Assembly: GCA_000434335.1 (NCBI GenBank)
Contig: FR878232.1
Span: forward strand, 5,066-69,065
Length of the DNA: 64,000 nt
Direction of reading: 5' to 3'
From: Clostridium sp. CAG:492
GTDB lineage: Bacteria > Bacillota > Clostridia > TANB77 > CAG-508
The translations under genes and the position numbers were made by a program. Below the pieces are notes generated by a model, which did no database searches, was not told where the DNA came from, and was given only the letters and a program-made list of their open reading frames with translations. How positions within the stretch are numbered: position 1 is the stretch's first letter; each line of letters begins with the position of its first letter. This document shows, one piece after another, positions 1 to 10,875 of the stretch.

Positions 1-55
1 TAAAAATTTAATCAATGTTTATTAAATACAAGTTTTTCAAAGGAGGATTTTTGTT

Positions 56-229
56 ATGTCTAGGAAAAAGACAATGATGTCTGAAGCTTTAAAAGAAGAG
101 ATAGCAAAAGAGCTTGGAGTATATGAACAAGTAAAAAAAGATGGTGGATGGCAAAATGTTTCATCTAAAGATTGTGGAAATATTGTTACTAAAGCTATAG
201 AAATTGCAAACAGAAAAGTAGAAGAATAA
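56..229 (+). CDS. small acid-soluble spore protein, alpha/beta type (57 aa)
   Basis: MSRKKTMMSEALKEEIAKELGV...GNIVTKAIEIA matches the alpha/beta SASP pattern (ALKxEIAxELGV ... GxxTKxxVE). RBS AAGGAGG at 41-47. Followed by a terminator. Confidence 0.6.
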   Translation: MSRKKTMMSEALKEEIAKELGVYEQVKKDGGWQNVSSKDCGNIVTKAIEIANRKVEE

Positions 230-233
230 AAAT

Positions 234-267
234 AAGGACGAAAATATAAATTTTCGTCCTTATTTTT
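234..267 (+). terminator. rho-independent terminator after the SASP gene
   Basis: Hairpin AAGGACGAAAA/TTTTCGTCCTT followed by a T-run. Confidence 0.6.
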
Positions 268-483
268 ATAAATATTTTTTTAATACTGTTTAGAATTACG
301 TACAAAATATATTTATAATTTATATTGTTAAGCAATTGTTTCAAAGATATTAGTAACAATATATTTTTTTCATAAAAACTTGTAAAATTTTTATATAGAG
401 CATATAATTTAAAAGAATTTTTAGGAAGGGAGAGGTAATCCGATTATTTACATAGTATTTTAATGGGATTATACGTGATTTAA

Positions 484-1878
484 ATGAAAAATTTACAAGT
501 AAGAGATATAATAGAGCAATGTGATGGAAAATTAATAATTGGTAATGTAAACATAGAATGTGTAGACTTTTGCACAGACACAAGAAAAATAAAAAAAGAT
601 GATACATATGTTGGTTTAAAAGGTGAAAAATTTAATGGTAGTGAATTTTATAAAACTGCTCTTGAATTAGGAGCAAAAGTTTGTATATTACAAGATGTAA
701 CATTAGATGAAGAAACAATAGAAAAATATAATGATAGAGCAATAATATTGGTACAAGACACATTAAAAGCATTACAGTCAATTGCAAAATATAAAAGAAG
801 TTTATATAACATACCAGTAATAGCTATTACGGGAAGTGTAGGAAAAACAAGTACAAAGGATATAATAGCAAGTGTTGTATCAACAAAATATAAAACATTA
901 AAAACAGAAGGTAATTTTAATAATCATATAGGAGTTCCATTAACAATATTACGTTTAAAAGATGAAGAAGCAATGGTAGTAGAAATGGGTATGAGCAACC
1001 TAGGTGAAATAAGCTTACTTACAAATATTGTAAAACCAACAACAGCTGTGATAACAAATGTTGGAACAGCACATATTGGAAATTTAGGCTCTCGAGAAAA
1101 TATATTAAAAGCAAAATTAGAAATATTAGAAGGATTAGCTGAAAATGGAACTTTAATTATTAATAATGATAATGATATGTTACATATGTGGAATGAAAAA
1201 AATAAAAAATATAAGGTAATGGATTTTGGAATTAAAAGTGAAAGCGATATAATGCCGGAAAATATTGAATTACAGGCAAATGAAAGTAGATATAAAGTAA
1301 AAATAAATGATAAATACTATGATGTAAGTGTACCCGTAGGAGGAGAGCCATTTATTTATAATAGTTTATGCGCAATTTGTGTTGGAGAAACTTTAAATAT
1401 AGAAACAGAAAATATAATTTCTGGTATTAAGAAATTTGAATTAACGAAAAATAGAATGGAAGTAAGCAAAGTAGGAAGCATTACAATAATAAATGATTGT
1501 TATAATGCGAATTTTGATTCAATGAAGGCTGGAATTGAAAATTTATCTAAAATGAAAGCAAACAGAAGAATTGCAATATTAGGTGATATGTTAGAGCTAG
1601 GTGAATTTTCCGAAAAATTACACAAAGCTGTAGGTGAAGAAATAGCTAAAAATAAAATTGATATATTAATTACTGTCGGTACTGAAGCGAAAAATATTGC
1701 AAAAGAAGCAGAAAATTGTGGAATGAAAAAAAGCGGAATTTATGAGTTTAATAGCAATAATGATGTAATAAATTATATAATTAACAATAAAAAAGACGAA
1801 GATTGTATATTAATAAAAGCATCAAATGGAATGCATTTTATAGAAATAGTAAATGAATTAAAAAAACGATTGAAATAG
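484..1878 (+). CDS. murF: UDP-N-acetylmuramoyl-tripeptide--D-alanyl-D-alanine ligase
   Basis: 464 aa. P-loop ITGSVGKTSTKD and Mur ligase middle and C-terminal motifs (NVGTAHIGNLGS, DCYNANFDSM, ILGDMLELG). Confidence 0.8.
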   Translation: MKNLQVRDIIEQCDGKLIIGNVNIECVDFCTDTRKIKKDDTYVGLKGEKFNGSEFYKTALELGAKVCILQDVTLDEETIEKYNDRAIILVQDTLKALQSIAKYKRSLYNIPVIAITGSVGKTSTKDIIASVVSTKYKTLKTEGNFNNHIGVPLTILRLKDEEAMVVEMGMSNLGEISLLTNIVKPTTAVITNVGTAHIGNLGSRENILKAKLEILEGLAENGTLIINNDNDMLHMWNEKNKKYKVMDFGIKSESDIMPENIELQANESRYKVKINDKYYDVSVPVGGEPFIYNSLCAICVGETLNIETENIISGIKKFELTKNRMEVSKVGSITIINDCYNANFDSMKAGIENLSKMKANRRIAILGDMLELGEFSEKLHKAVGEEIAKNKIDILITVGTEAKNIAKEAENCGMKKSGIYEFNSNNDVINYIINNKKDEDCILIKASNGMHFIEIVNELKKRLK

Positions 1879-1898
1879 CCTTTAAATGGTGCTATAAT
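1870..1898 (+). promoter_or_regulatory. sigma-A-like promoter with extended -10 (TTGAAA-N17-TGcTATAAT)
   Basis: TTGAAA at 1870-1875; TG at 1890-1891; TATAAT at 1893-1898. Lies upstream of the DnaJ-like gene. Confidence 0.4.
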
Positions 1899-1939
1899 GC
1901 AGTAAAAAATGAACAAAAGTAGAAAGGACGTTAAATATT

Positions 1940-2833
1940 ATGATTTTTAAGAATTACTACAAAATATTGGGTTTAACAAATAATATAAAATCTACACAAG
2001 AAGAAATAAAATCTGCTTATAGAGAGCAAGCAAAAAAATATCATCCTGACGTAAATGTAAATAATAAAAATGCAGAAGAAAGATTTAAAGATATAAATGA
2101 AGCATATAGAACACTATCTGATCCAATTCAGAAGAAAAAGTATGATAGAACTTGGAATAATTATGTTGGGAAAAAAATACAAAAAGCAAATTCTGGTGAA
2201 AGAGAAATTAGAGTGAATGATATTGTAAATATGTTTTTTGGAGGAAATTTAACAAAAAAAACATCAGAAGAAAAACAACAAATTAAGGGAGAAAACATAG
2301 AAGTACAAATAGATATATCTATAAAGGAGGCTTTTGAAGGAACTCATAAAATGATATCATTCAATAATGAAAAAGATAAAAATAAAAAAATAGATATTGA
2401 TATAAAAAAAGGTATAAAAAAAGGCGAAATAATAAGAATTGAAGGTAAAGGGAAAAAAGGAAAAAATGGTGGAGAAGACGGTGATTTTTTAGCTAAAATA
2501 AATATTGTAGATAATGGAACATACAAATTGGTAAATGATGATATATATGTTAATTTATATGTAACACCTTGGGATGCTGCATTAGGAGCAAAATTATCAG
2601 TTAGTGGAATTGATGGCGAAATATCGCTATTAATTCCTAAAGGAACACAAAATGGTGATAAAATATCTATTCCAAACAAAGGATATTATATAACGGAAAA
2701 TAAAAGAGGAAAACTTATAATTGAAATTAATGTAGTAATTCCAAAAAAATTATCTGAAAAAGAAAAAGAGCTATTTTTAAAATTAAAGAAAATATCAAAA
2801 TTTAATCCCAATAATATAGTAGACATAAAATAA
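1940..2833 (+). CDS. DnaJ-domain co-chaperone (CbpA-like: J-domain plus DnaJ C-terminal domains, no Zn finger)
   Basis: J-domain YYKILGL...AYREQAKKYHPDVN; C-terminal DnaJ_C-like beta region. Confidence 0.65.
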   Translation: MIFKNYYKILGLTNNIKSTQEEIKSAYREQAKKYHPDVNVNNKNAEERFKDINEAYRTLSDPIQKKKYDRTWNNYVGKKIQKANSGEREIRVNDIVNMFFGGNLTKKTSEEKQQIKGENIEVQIDISIKEAFEGTHKMISFNNEKDKNKKIDIDIKKGIKKGEIIRIEGKGKKGKNGGEDGDFLAKINIVDNGTYKLVNDDIYVNLYVTPWDAALGAKLSVSGIDGEISLLIPKGTQNGDKISIPNKGYYITENKRGKLIIEINVVIPKKLSEKEKELFLKLKKISKFNPNNIVDIK

Positions 2834-2837
2834 ATGA

Positions 2838-2867
2838 TTGACAAAATATTAAAATTGGTGATATAAT
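2838..2867 (+). promoter_or_regulatory. consensus sigma-A promoter TTGACA-N18-TATAAT
   Basis: TTGACA 2838-2843; TATAAT 2862-2867. Upstream of ORF 2931. Confidence 0.45.
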
Positions 2868-2930
2868 AAAAAATGTATTATGAGCGAAAGATAAACTATG
2901 TAGAAGGCATAGGAAAGGGGTGTATATTAT

Positions 2931-3440
2931 ATGGAATATATACAAGGCAAACATTTTAGTATAATGGATTCAAAAAAAGTTAATACAGTAATTTATGAAC
3001 TAAGTGATAATAAAGAAAATCAAAAAAAACATCCTAGATACACAATTGATAGATTAGATTCTATAGAAGAATTTAGAAATGATAAAATAAAAAGGACGTA
3101 TTTTGTTGATGAACCAAAAAAATCTGGAAACAAATTACTTTTTCTATCTTTCGAGGAAGATAAAGTTACTGTTAATATGGGAATTTTAAAAAATGATGAA
3201 GTAAAAATAACAAAAAAACCCGTACCTGTAAAATTTGATACATTGTACAAAGAAAGTGACACAGAATATTATAAAGAATTTAATTGCACACCAAACAAAA
3301 AAAGGCCTATATCAATTATTGATCCTGAAACAGGAAAAGAGGTAAAGCCAATTTTATATTATGATAGTAAAACAAATGAAATAAAAGGAAAGTGTAAATT
3401 AAAGCCAAACAAACCATATTTAGCTTTTGAAATTGTGTAA
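2931..3440 (+). CDS. hypothetical protein (169 aa), first gene of the accessory block
   Basis: Long ORF with an RBS-like GGAAAGGGG upstream. No recognisable motifs. Confidence 0.4.
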   Translation: MEYIQGKHFSIMDSKKVNTVIYELSDNKENQKKHPRYTIDRLDSIEEFRNDKIKRTYFVDEPKKSGNKLLFLSFEEDKVTVNMGILKNDEVKITKKPVPVKFDTLYKESDTEYYKEFNCTPNKKRPISIIDPETGKEVKPILYYDSKTNEIKGKCKLKPNKPYLAFEIV

Positions 3441-3459
3441 AATAAAAGGAGGTATTTTA

Positions 3460-3753
3460 ATGGGCGGTAGCGACGTCGAAGTTAGAGTAATTGTAGCAAA
3501 TGAGAATGATAAAAAAATAAGAGTTAGTGATAGCAATGTGAATAATAGAAAATTTTGGTTATCTGATGAAAACTGTGAAATAATAGCACAAGCACACACA
3601 TATAGAGTTATTAAAAAAGGAACAGAATTTATTAGAGCTAAGGTTGTAAAAGATAATAACGGCAATAAAAAATTGAAGGCTATATGCAAAGTAAGTGAAA
3701 ATTTAAAAGAGAGAATGAAAGAAATATTTAATAATAAAGAAAGAAATAGATAA
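3460..3753 (+). CDS. hypothetical protein (97 aa)
   Basis: RBS AAAGGAGG at 3445-3452 precedes the ATG at 3460. The ORF-track start at 3427 lacks an RBS. Confidence 0.4.
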   Translation: MGGSDVEVRVIVANENDKKIRVSDSNVNNRKFWLSDENCEIIAQAHTYRVIKKGTEFIRAKVVKDNNGNKKLKAICKVSENLKERMKEIFNNKERNR

Positions 3754-3775
3754 TTACAAATGAGAAGGTGAAAAT

Positions 3776-5810
3776 ATGAAAAAGCTTTTTACGGAAAAAA
3801 AGAAGAAAAAATTATTAGTTTATTTAATACTATGGCTATTGTTAGCCATAGTATTTATCATACCTATATCTGTTGCATATAAGGATTCATTAAATACAAG
3901 AGGAAATTTAGAATTAGATTCATTTCAATCAATTATTACAGGTTATCTTACTAATATTAGCATACGTGTAAAAGCATTTAGCGGAGACTATAAACAAAAT
4001 ACTATTAGTGTATTAGAATATTATTCATTTTTTTATTTAGCTTTTGGAGTTATTTTAATATTAAAAAGTAAAGATGACGGAGAGTACCATAATATAGAGC
4101 ACGGATCTAGTGATTGGTGTGAAAATGGAGAGCAATATAAAGTATTAAGTAAAAATTCTGGAATTATATTAGCAAAAAAGAATTACTTACCAGTAGATAA
4201 ACCAGGAAATGTTAATGTATTAATTGTTGGACGGATCTGGTGCTGGTAAATCTGCATCATACTCAAAACCAAATGCATATCAAAAGTTGGGATCATATGT
4301 ATTTACAGATCCAAAAGGTGAATTATATGATGACACAGCAGGATATTTGAAAAGAAATGGATATGAAATTAAAGTTTTAAATTTGGTTAATCCAAAAAAT
4401 AGTGATGGATACAATCCATTAGCACATATAAAAAGTGATTTAGATGTAGACGTTATAGCATCAACAATAATAAAGGGACAAGAAAAATCTTCCAGTACAT
4501 CTGATCCATTCTGGGATGATACAGCAGAAATGTTATTAAAATCATTAATATATTTTTTGAAATCAACAAGACCACCAGAAGAGCAGAACTTAGCAAGTTG
4601 TGCGGAGCTTGTAAGAGCCGCATCTGCAAATAGTAATGGCGGAAGTCTTTTAAAAGATATGATGAGTGTTTTACCAATAGACCATCCAGCAAGAACTTAT
4701 TACAAAAACGTTGAAGTAGCTTCTGAAAAGACATTTAGTTCAATATTAGTAACGCTACAGGCAAAACTTGGTAAATTTGATTCAAAAGATATAGCAGAGG
4801 TAACATCTACAGATACAATAAATTTTGAAAGAATAGGTAGTGTAAAAACATCTGTGTATGTAATTTCATCTGATACACATACAGCATACGATTTCTTATT
4901 AACAATATTCTTTGCACAAATGATTCAACAATTATATGATTATGCTGATAATAATGGCGGAAAATTAAAAATACCAACATTTTTTATACTTGATGAGTTT
5001 GCTAACATTGGACAAATACCAGACTTTGATAAAAAAATATCAACATCACGTAGTAGAAAAATATCATTTAGTGTTATATTACAAAACTTGGATCAATTGG
5101 AAGCAATATATGAAAAATCTTACGAAACTATAATGGGTAACTGCGATACCCACTTATTCTTGGGAAGTAACTCAACAAAAACAGTTGAATATTTTTCTAA
5201 AGCACTTGGAGAAAAAACAATTTCAAGAGAAAGTATTTCAAAAAACAAAGATAAAGATGGACATAAAAGTGGTACTGGTGAATCTGATCAAATTATGGCC
5301 AGAGCACTTATGACACCAGATGAACTTAGAAGAATGAGTATGGATTATTGTATAATTTATGAAAAGGGCTTAAAGCCTGTAAAAGCAGAAAAATTTTTCT
5401 ATTTTAAATCAAATATGATAAAAGAATTTAATAAATTAAAATTAGACCACAATGACTTTGACGCTGGTGTACGTGGAGAATGGAGAAAATTTAATCCATA
5501 TAAAGTTGGTGCTAATTTAGAAGAAGAAGAGCAGGAAAGTAATTTGAATGTTGAATCATTAGACGATTTATTTGATGATGATGAAACAACAAACTCAAAT
5601 AAAACTGAGAAAATAAAAAAGGAAGATACAGCAGAAAGCAACAACAAATTTGAAAGCGATTTAAATGAATTATTATTTGATGATGAACAGGAAGTAGATA
5701 ATACAGCAGAAACAGAAAACGGTGAAATGCTAGATATTCAGAAGGAATTAGAAGCGAAATTTGATGAACTATTTGGTTCAATAGATGATGAAAACGATGA
5801 TAATGAATAA
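3776..5810 (+). pseudogene. type IV coupling protein (VirD4/TraG family), split by a frameshift inside Walker A (ORFs 3776-4249 and 4224-5810)
   Basis: N-terminal 2-TM region. Walker A is split across the two frames: ...NVLIVG|RIWCW* in one and DGSGAGKSASY in the other. Deleting one base near 4231 restores IVGGSGAGKS. Downstream: FILDEFANIG Walker B-like and an acidic C-terminal tail. Confidence 0.7.
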
Positions 5811-6005
5811 TATAATATGTAAATTAAATATAATTGTTTTAGTAAAGAGCTATGTATAATAAATACTTGGCTCTTTTTATTAATGTTTACCGTCAATATT
5901 TTTTGACACATCAATTTCTTTATTATTTTCACTACATTGCTCTTGTTAAAATAACAATAATGTGATACCATAACAACGAAAAACAAAACAATCGGAGGCA
6001 AAAAA

Positions 6006-7724
6006 ATGAGCACAAATCTATCAAAAGAAAAACGAGAAAAAATACTAAACAACATAAAAATAATGAGATCAAAATTACAAGAAAACCCTGAACTTCTAAT
6101 AACCCTAAATGATATAGAAACAGAGCTAAAAAGAAAAAAATACGGACTAGTTTGGGAAGACCACGAAGAAAAAATAGACAAAGAGCTTTCAGACAAAATA
6201 CCAGTATTCGAAGAAAATAAGGGTTTAGAAATAAAACTAAATCCACAAAAGTCAACAAATTTCATATTAGAAGGAGATAATCTACATAGCTTATATCTAC
6301 TAGAAAAAACACACAAAAACAGTATAGACTTAATAATAATAGATCCACCATACAACAGAGGAATAAATGACTTTGTCTACGATGATAATTATATAGATAA
6401 AACAGATTCATTTAAACACAGCAAATGGATATCATTTATGAGTAGACGTCTAGAAATGGCAAAAAAACTTCTAAAAGACAACGGTGTAATATTCATAAAC
6501 ATAGATGATAATGAATTTGCTCAACTAAAATTATTATGTGACGATATATTTGGAGAAGAAAATTTTATATCATGTTTCCCATGGCATAATAGAACCTCAA
6601 TTCAAAATGATACGGATATAAGCATTAATCACGAATACATAATTGCATATGCCAAAAAAAGAAGAATAACAAATCGTAGATTAAAAGCAAGCAACAAAGA
6701 AAGTTGGTACAATTTAAATGACTTTGTAATACAACCAAAAGAAACGGACTCAAGCAAATACTCAAATCCAGATAATGATCCTAGGGGAATATGGAAAGCA
6801 GACCCATTTGATGCACCAAATGTTAGACCAAATTTAACATATGAAATAATAAATCCAGTAACAGGAGTAAAATATTTACCTCCAAAAGGAAGATGCTGGA
6901 GAACAGAGCCAGAAAAATATAAACAATTATTAGAAGATAAACGAATAGTATTTGGAAAAAACGGAACATCAAAACCACAATTAAAGGTATTTTATAATGA
7001 AGTAAAAATGAAAGGCGAAATACGAAATAGTTGGTTTGATTCTGAAACATATGATACATCAACAAATGGTAAAAAAGAATTTTTATCAATATTACCAGAC
7101 AAAAAAATATTTAATACACCAAAGCCAGTAAATTTATACAAAGAAATAATAAAAATGGCAATTTCACCTAAAGTAGAAAAGCCGGTAATATTGGATTTCT
7201 TTGCAGGCTCTGGAACAGTAGGACAAGCAGTATTAGAAGAATTTAGAGGAAAAAATGCAGAATTTATACTATGTAACAGCAATGAAAATAACATATGTAC
7301 AGAAATAACATATGAAAGAATAAAAAGAATTATACAAGGCTATACAAATCAAAAAGGATATAATGTTCAAGGAATAGAAGCAAACCTAAAATATTACAAA
7401 GTAAAATACATAGATAGATTTAACAGAGAAGATGACGGTTATTATATAGTAAATGAATTATCAAAATACACAAAAGAGCTAGCACAGCTAGAGCACGGAT
7501 TAGATTTACAAGCTGGAGAATTACAAATATTATTTTCGGATGAAGATGTAGACAAATTTACAAAAAATGAAGAAGCCGTAAGCAAATGCAAAATTATTTA
7601 CTTAGATAATAATGCACTAATTACAGAAGAGCAATTAAAATTATTTGAACAAAACGATATAAAAATTTGTTATATTCCAGATTATTATTTTGAAAAAGAA
7701 ATAATGGAGGTTGAACAATGGTAG
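6006..7724 (+). CDS. mod: type III restriction-modification methyltransferase (Mod), beta-class N6-adenine/N4-cytosine MTase
   Basis: KYGLVWE N-terminal motif; IIIDPPYN (motif IV) precedes FFAGSGTVGQAV (motif I), with a target-recognition domain between. Overlaps the res start. Confidence 0.75.
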   Translation: MSTNLSKEKREKILNNIKIMRSKLQENPELLITLNDIETELKRKKYGLVWEDHEEKIDKELSDKIPVFEENKGLEIKLNPQKSTNFILEGDNLHSLYLLEKTHKNSIDLIIIDPPYNRGINDFVYDDNYIDKTDSFKHSKWISFMSRRLEMAKKLLKDNGVIFINIDDNEFAQLKLLCDDIFGEENFISCFPWHNRTSIQNDTDISINHEYIIAYAKKRRITNRRLKASNKESWYNLNDFVIQPKETDSSKYSNPDNDPRGIWKADPFDAPNVRPNLTYEIINPVTGVKYLPPKGRCWRTEPEKYKQLLEDKRIVFGKNGTSKPQLKVFYNEVKMKGEIRNSWFDSETYDTSTNGKKEFLSILPDKKIFNTPKPVNLYKEIIKMAISPKVEKPVILDFFAGSGTVGQAVLEEFRGKNAEFILCNSNENNICTEITYERIKRIIQGYTNQKGYNVQGIEANLKYYKVKYIDRFNREDDGYYIVNELSKYTKELAQLEHGLDLQAGELQILFSDEDVDKFTKNEEAVSKCKIIYLDNNALITEEQLKLFEQNDIKICYIPDYYFEKEIMEVEQW

Positions 7725-9961
7725 GAATTAAGTTAAAAGAATTTCAAGAAAAATGTGTTGAAGAATTATTAGAGCAAACGGTATTTGGTGAAAAAAAAGA
7801 AATTTTATTGCAAGCTCCTACGGGAAGTGGAAAAACAATAATGCTATTAGAATACATAGACAGATTTTTATTAGAAAATAAAGATTATGTATTTGTATGG
7901 TTAACACCAGGCTCTGGAGAGCTTGAAGAGCAAAGTAAAAATAAAATGAATCAACTACTAAAAAATAGAACAACAAAGACATTAAACGAAGTATTAACAA
8001 CTGGATTTGAAGAGCAAGACACAGCTTTTATAAACTGGGAGAATGTAACTAAAAAAGGAAACACAGCATTAAGAGAGCTAGAAAAAAGTAATTTATATGA
8101 CAGAATAGAGCAAGCACAAAATAACGGAATAAAATTTATAGTAATAATAGACGAAGAGCACAGAAATAAAACCGAAAAAGCAGAAAGCATAACCAATTTA
8201 TTTAATGCAAAACATACAGTAAGAGTATCAGCAACAACAAAAAGAAATGATGAAGCATATAACATAAAAATAAGCGAAATGGAAGTTATAAACTCAGGAT
8301 TAATAACAAAATCATTATATATAAATCAAGGAATTGAAAATAATATTTTATTAGATGATGAAATAGAATATCTACTAAAACTTGCAATAAATAAAAGAAG
8401 ACAAATAAGAAATACCTGTACAGAACTTGGAGTAAATTACAATCCATTAGTTATAATTCAATTACCAAGTATGAGTGAAAACTTAATAGAAAAAATAGAG
8501 CAATATCTAGAAAAAGAAGGATTTACATATGACAATGGGTTATTAGCAATATGGCTTGCAGACAGAAAAGAAAATATAGAAAATATAAGTGATAACACAA
8601 GTGAACAATGCTTTTTAATAATGAAACAAGCAATATCAACAGGTTGGGATTGCCCAAGAGCAAAAGTACTAGTAAAAATAAGAGAAAATATGCACGAAGA
8701 TTTTGAAATACAAACTTTAGGAAGAATTCGTAGAATGCCAGAAGGAAAACACTACGGAAATGAAGTACTAGATAACTGTTATTTATATACATTTGATGAC
8801 GAATACACAGAAACAGTAAAACACGAACTAGGAAGACAAGCAAGCAATGTAAAAAGCTTATTTGTAAAAGACGAATTTAGAAAATTTAAATTATATAAAG
8901 AAGTAAAAAATACTGATGCAGATAACTTTGCACCAAGAGAAGCATTTTACGCAATATATGAATATTACTGTAAAGAATATAATTTAGAAAATTCACAAGA
9001 AAAACAAAGTAACGACGGAGATAATAAAGAAGAAAACAAAGAAAGCAACAAAGTAAAACTTGCAAAAGCCGGATACAATTTTAATCAAAATATTACAAAT
9101 GAAGTAGTTCAAGGAAGTGCAATAGAGCTAAATAAAAAGAATTTTATAAACAGTGAAAAAATTCGTATACAAAGTTCAGTAGATACATATAAAAATGGAA
9201 TAGATTTACGTCATTCAATAAATGTAATAGCAACAAAAATAGGAATGGTATATCAATACTTATCACCAATATTGCAAAGATTATTCCTAGGGAATGTGGA
9301 ATTTCCAGAAAAAATATTAAAATTAACTAAAAAAGAATTTTACGCATTTATTATTAATAATGAAAGAAAATTAGAATATGATATATTAAATGCAGTTATT
9401 CAAAAAAGAGAGCAAAGAGTAAAATTGCAAACAGAATTTAAAAAGGTAAAAGAATTTATATTCCCAGAGCGAATAACAGTAAAATATAACAAAAAAGATC
9501 CAAGTTTATCAGAAATGAGCAAGAATGTATATTATGGTTATCCATCAACAACAATAAAATCCTCATCAGAAGAAAAATTTGAAAAATATTGTGAAGCATC
9601 AAGTAAAATAAAATATTGGTATAAAAATGGAGAATCATCAGACGAATTTTTCTCAATAGTATACTTAGATAAAATGAACAAAGCGTGGACTTTTTATCCA
9701 GACTATATAGTAGGTGATACAAAAGGAAATATATGGATAATTGAAACAAAAGGTGGCGAAGATGCCTACGGATACTCAAAAAACATAGATATAAAAATAG
9801 AAAACAAATATGAAGCACTAAAAACATATGCACAAAAATATAATTTAAAATGGGGCTTTGTAAGAGATATAGATGAAGAGCTATACATATCAAATACAGA
9901 TGAATATATAGAAGATATGAAAAGCACAAACTGGATAAACTTAAAAAATTATGAAATATAA
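7718..9961 (+). CDS. res: type III restriction enzyme Res subunit (SF2 helicase plus C-terminal PD-(D/E)XK nuclease)
   Basis: LQAPTGSGKT (motif I), IIDEEHR (DEEH motif II), QAISTGWDCPRAK (motif VI-like). C-terminal YPDYIVGD...IWIIETKGG nuclease motif. Translationally coupled to mod. Confidence 0.75.
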   Translation: MVGIKLKEFQEKCVEELLEQTVFGEKKEILLQAPTGSGKTIMLLEYIDRFLLENKDYVFVWLTPGSGELEEQSKNKMNQLLKNRTTKTLNEVLTTGFEEQDTAFINWENVTKKGNTALRELEKSNLYDRIEQAQNNGIKFIVIIDEEHRNKTEKAESITNLFNAKHTVRVSATTKRNDEAYNIKISEMEVINSGLITKSLYINQGIENNILLDDEIEYLLKLAINKRRQIRNTCTELGVNYNPLVIIQLPSMSENLIEKIEQYLEKEGFTYDNGLLAIWLADRKENIENISDNTSEQCFLIMKQAISTGWDCPRAKVLVKIRENMHEDFEIQTLGRIRRMPEGKHYGNEVLDNCYLYTFDDEYTETVKHELGRQASNVKSLFVKDEFRKFKLYKEVKNTDADNFAPREAFYAIYEYYCKEYNLENSQEKQSNDGDNKEENKESNKVKLAKAGYNFNQNITNEVVQGSAIELNKKNFINSEKIRIQSSVDTYKNGIDLRHSINVIATKIGMVYQYLSPILQRLFLGNVEFPEKILKLTKKEFYAFIINNERKLEYDILNAVIQKREQRVKLQTEFKKVKEFIFPERITVKYNKKDPSLSEMSKNVYYGYPSTTIKSSSEEKFEKYCEASSKIKYWYKNGESSDEFFSIVYLDKMNKAWTFYPDYIVGDTKGNIWIIETKGGEDAYGYSKNIDIKIENKYEALKTYAQKYNLKWGFVRDIDEELYISNTDEYIEDMKSTNWINLKNYEI

Positions 9962-10035
9962 AACTACAAAATTGTCAAAAAAGGGTAAATACAATTTTAT
10001 AAAAGCAACTAAATGTAAAAAAATACAAAAGATGT

Positions 10036-10065
10036 ATTGACAATAGTAAACTAACTGGGATATAA
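10036..10065 (+). promoter_or_regulatory. consensus promoter TTGACA-N18-TATAAT upstream of rpsU
   Basis: TTGACA 10036-10041; TATAAT 10060-10065. Confidence 0.5.
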
Positions 10066-10136
10066 TAATGTGCGTACACAATTTAGATGTGCATCCCAAG
10101 CAAGACTAATTGCAATGCCGGAAGGAGGGGAATACT

Positions 10137-10307
10137 ATGTCAGAGACTAAAGTTAAAGATGGTAATTTAGAAGACGCATTGAAAAGATTTAAAAGACAAT
10201 GCGCTAGAAATGGTGTATTACAAGAAGTTCGTAAAAGAGAACACTATGAAAAGCCAAGTGTAAAAAGAAAAAAGAAATCAGAGGCTGCAAGAAAAAGAAA
10301 GTTTTAA
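10137..10307 (+). CDS. rpsU: 30S ribosomal protein S21
   Basis: [47 protein letters not shown]; RBS GGAGGGG. The ORF-track start at 10110 is upstream of the RBS. Confidence 0.85.
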   Translation: MSETKVKDGNLEDALKRFKRQCARNGVLQEVRKREHYEKPSVKRKKKSEAARKRKF

Positions 10308-10351
10308 TATAATATTAAATTAAAATGTAATATTAATTTTATATTTAAATA

Positions 10352-10390
10352 AAAAAGAGGTAATAACATAGCGTTTTTACCTCTTTTAGT
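10352..10390 (+). terminator. rho-independent terminator after rpsU
   Basis: AAAGAGGTAA...TTACCTCTTT hairpin plus T-run. Confidence 0.5.
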
Positions 10391-10431
10391 GTATAATACA
10401 AAAAGATAATAAAAAAGAGAGGTTGATAAAA

Positions 10432-10875
10432 ATGTTAAAAGAAAAATTATTAGAAGATTTAAAAAATTCAATGAAAGAAAAAAATATTAACAGAAAAAAT
10501 GTAATACAAATGGTAAGAGCAGCAATATTACAAAAAGAAAAAGATAACAACATAGAGCTAGATGATACACAAATAATGGAGATAATATCTAAAGAGCACA
10601 AAAAAAGAGAAGATTCATTAGAAGATTACAAAAAAGCAAACAGAGAAGACATAATAGCACAAATAGAAGAAGAAATAAATGTATTAAACGAATATCTACC
10701 TAAAAAAATGGAAAAAGAAGAGCTAGAAAAAATAATAAGTCAAATAATAGAAGAAACAGGTGCATCAAGTATGAAAGATATGGGAAAAGTTATGAAATTA
10801 GCAAAAGAAAAATGTGGTTTAGCTGCGGATGGAAGAGATATAAATGAAATTGCAAAAGTAATGTTAAATAAATAA
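10432..10875 (+). CDS. yqeY: GatB/YqeY domain protein
   Basis: MLKEKLLEDLKNSMKEKN... matches the YqeY family N-terminus; conserved rpsU-yqeY synteny. ATG at 10432 follows the RBS AGAGAGG. Confidence 0.65.
   Translation: MLKEKLLEDLKNSMKEKNINRKNVIQMVRAAILQKEKDNNIELDDTQIMEIISKEHKKREDSLEDYKKANREDIIAQIEEEINVLNEYLPKKMEKEELEKIISQIIEETGASSMKDMGKVMKLAKEKCGLAADGRDINEIAKVMLNK

Noticed and set aside
5738-6355. 205-aa minus-strand ORF overlapping the T4CP 3' end and the mod 5' end
   Set aside because: Phe/Ser/Leu-rich low-complexity translation typical of antisense AT-rich coding DNA. No RBS. Overlaps two well-supported genes.
10110-10136. ORF-track N-terminal extension of rpsU (MQCRKEGNT-)
   Set aside because: The extension begins upstream of the GGAGGGG RBS. 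The canonical S21 N-terminus (MSETKVK) starts at 10137.
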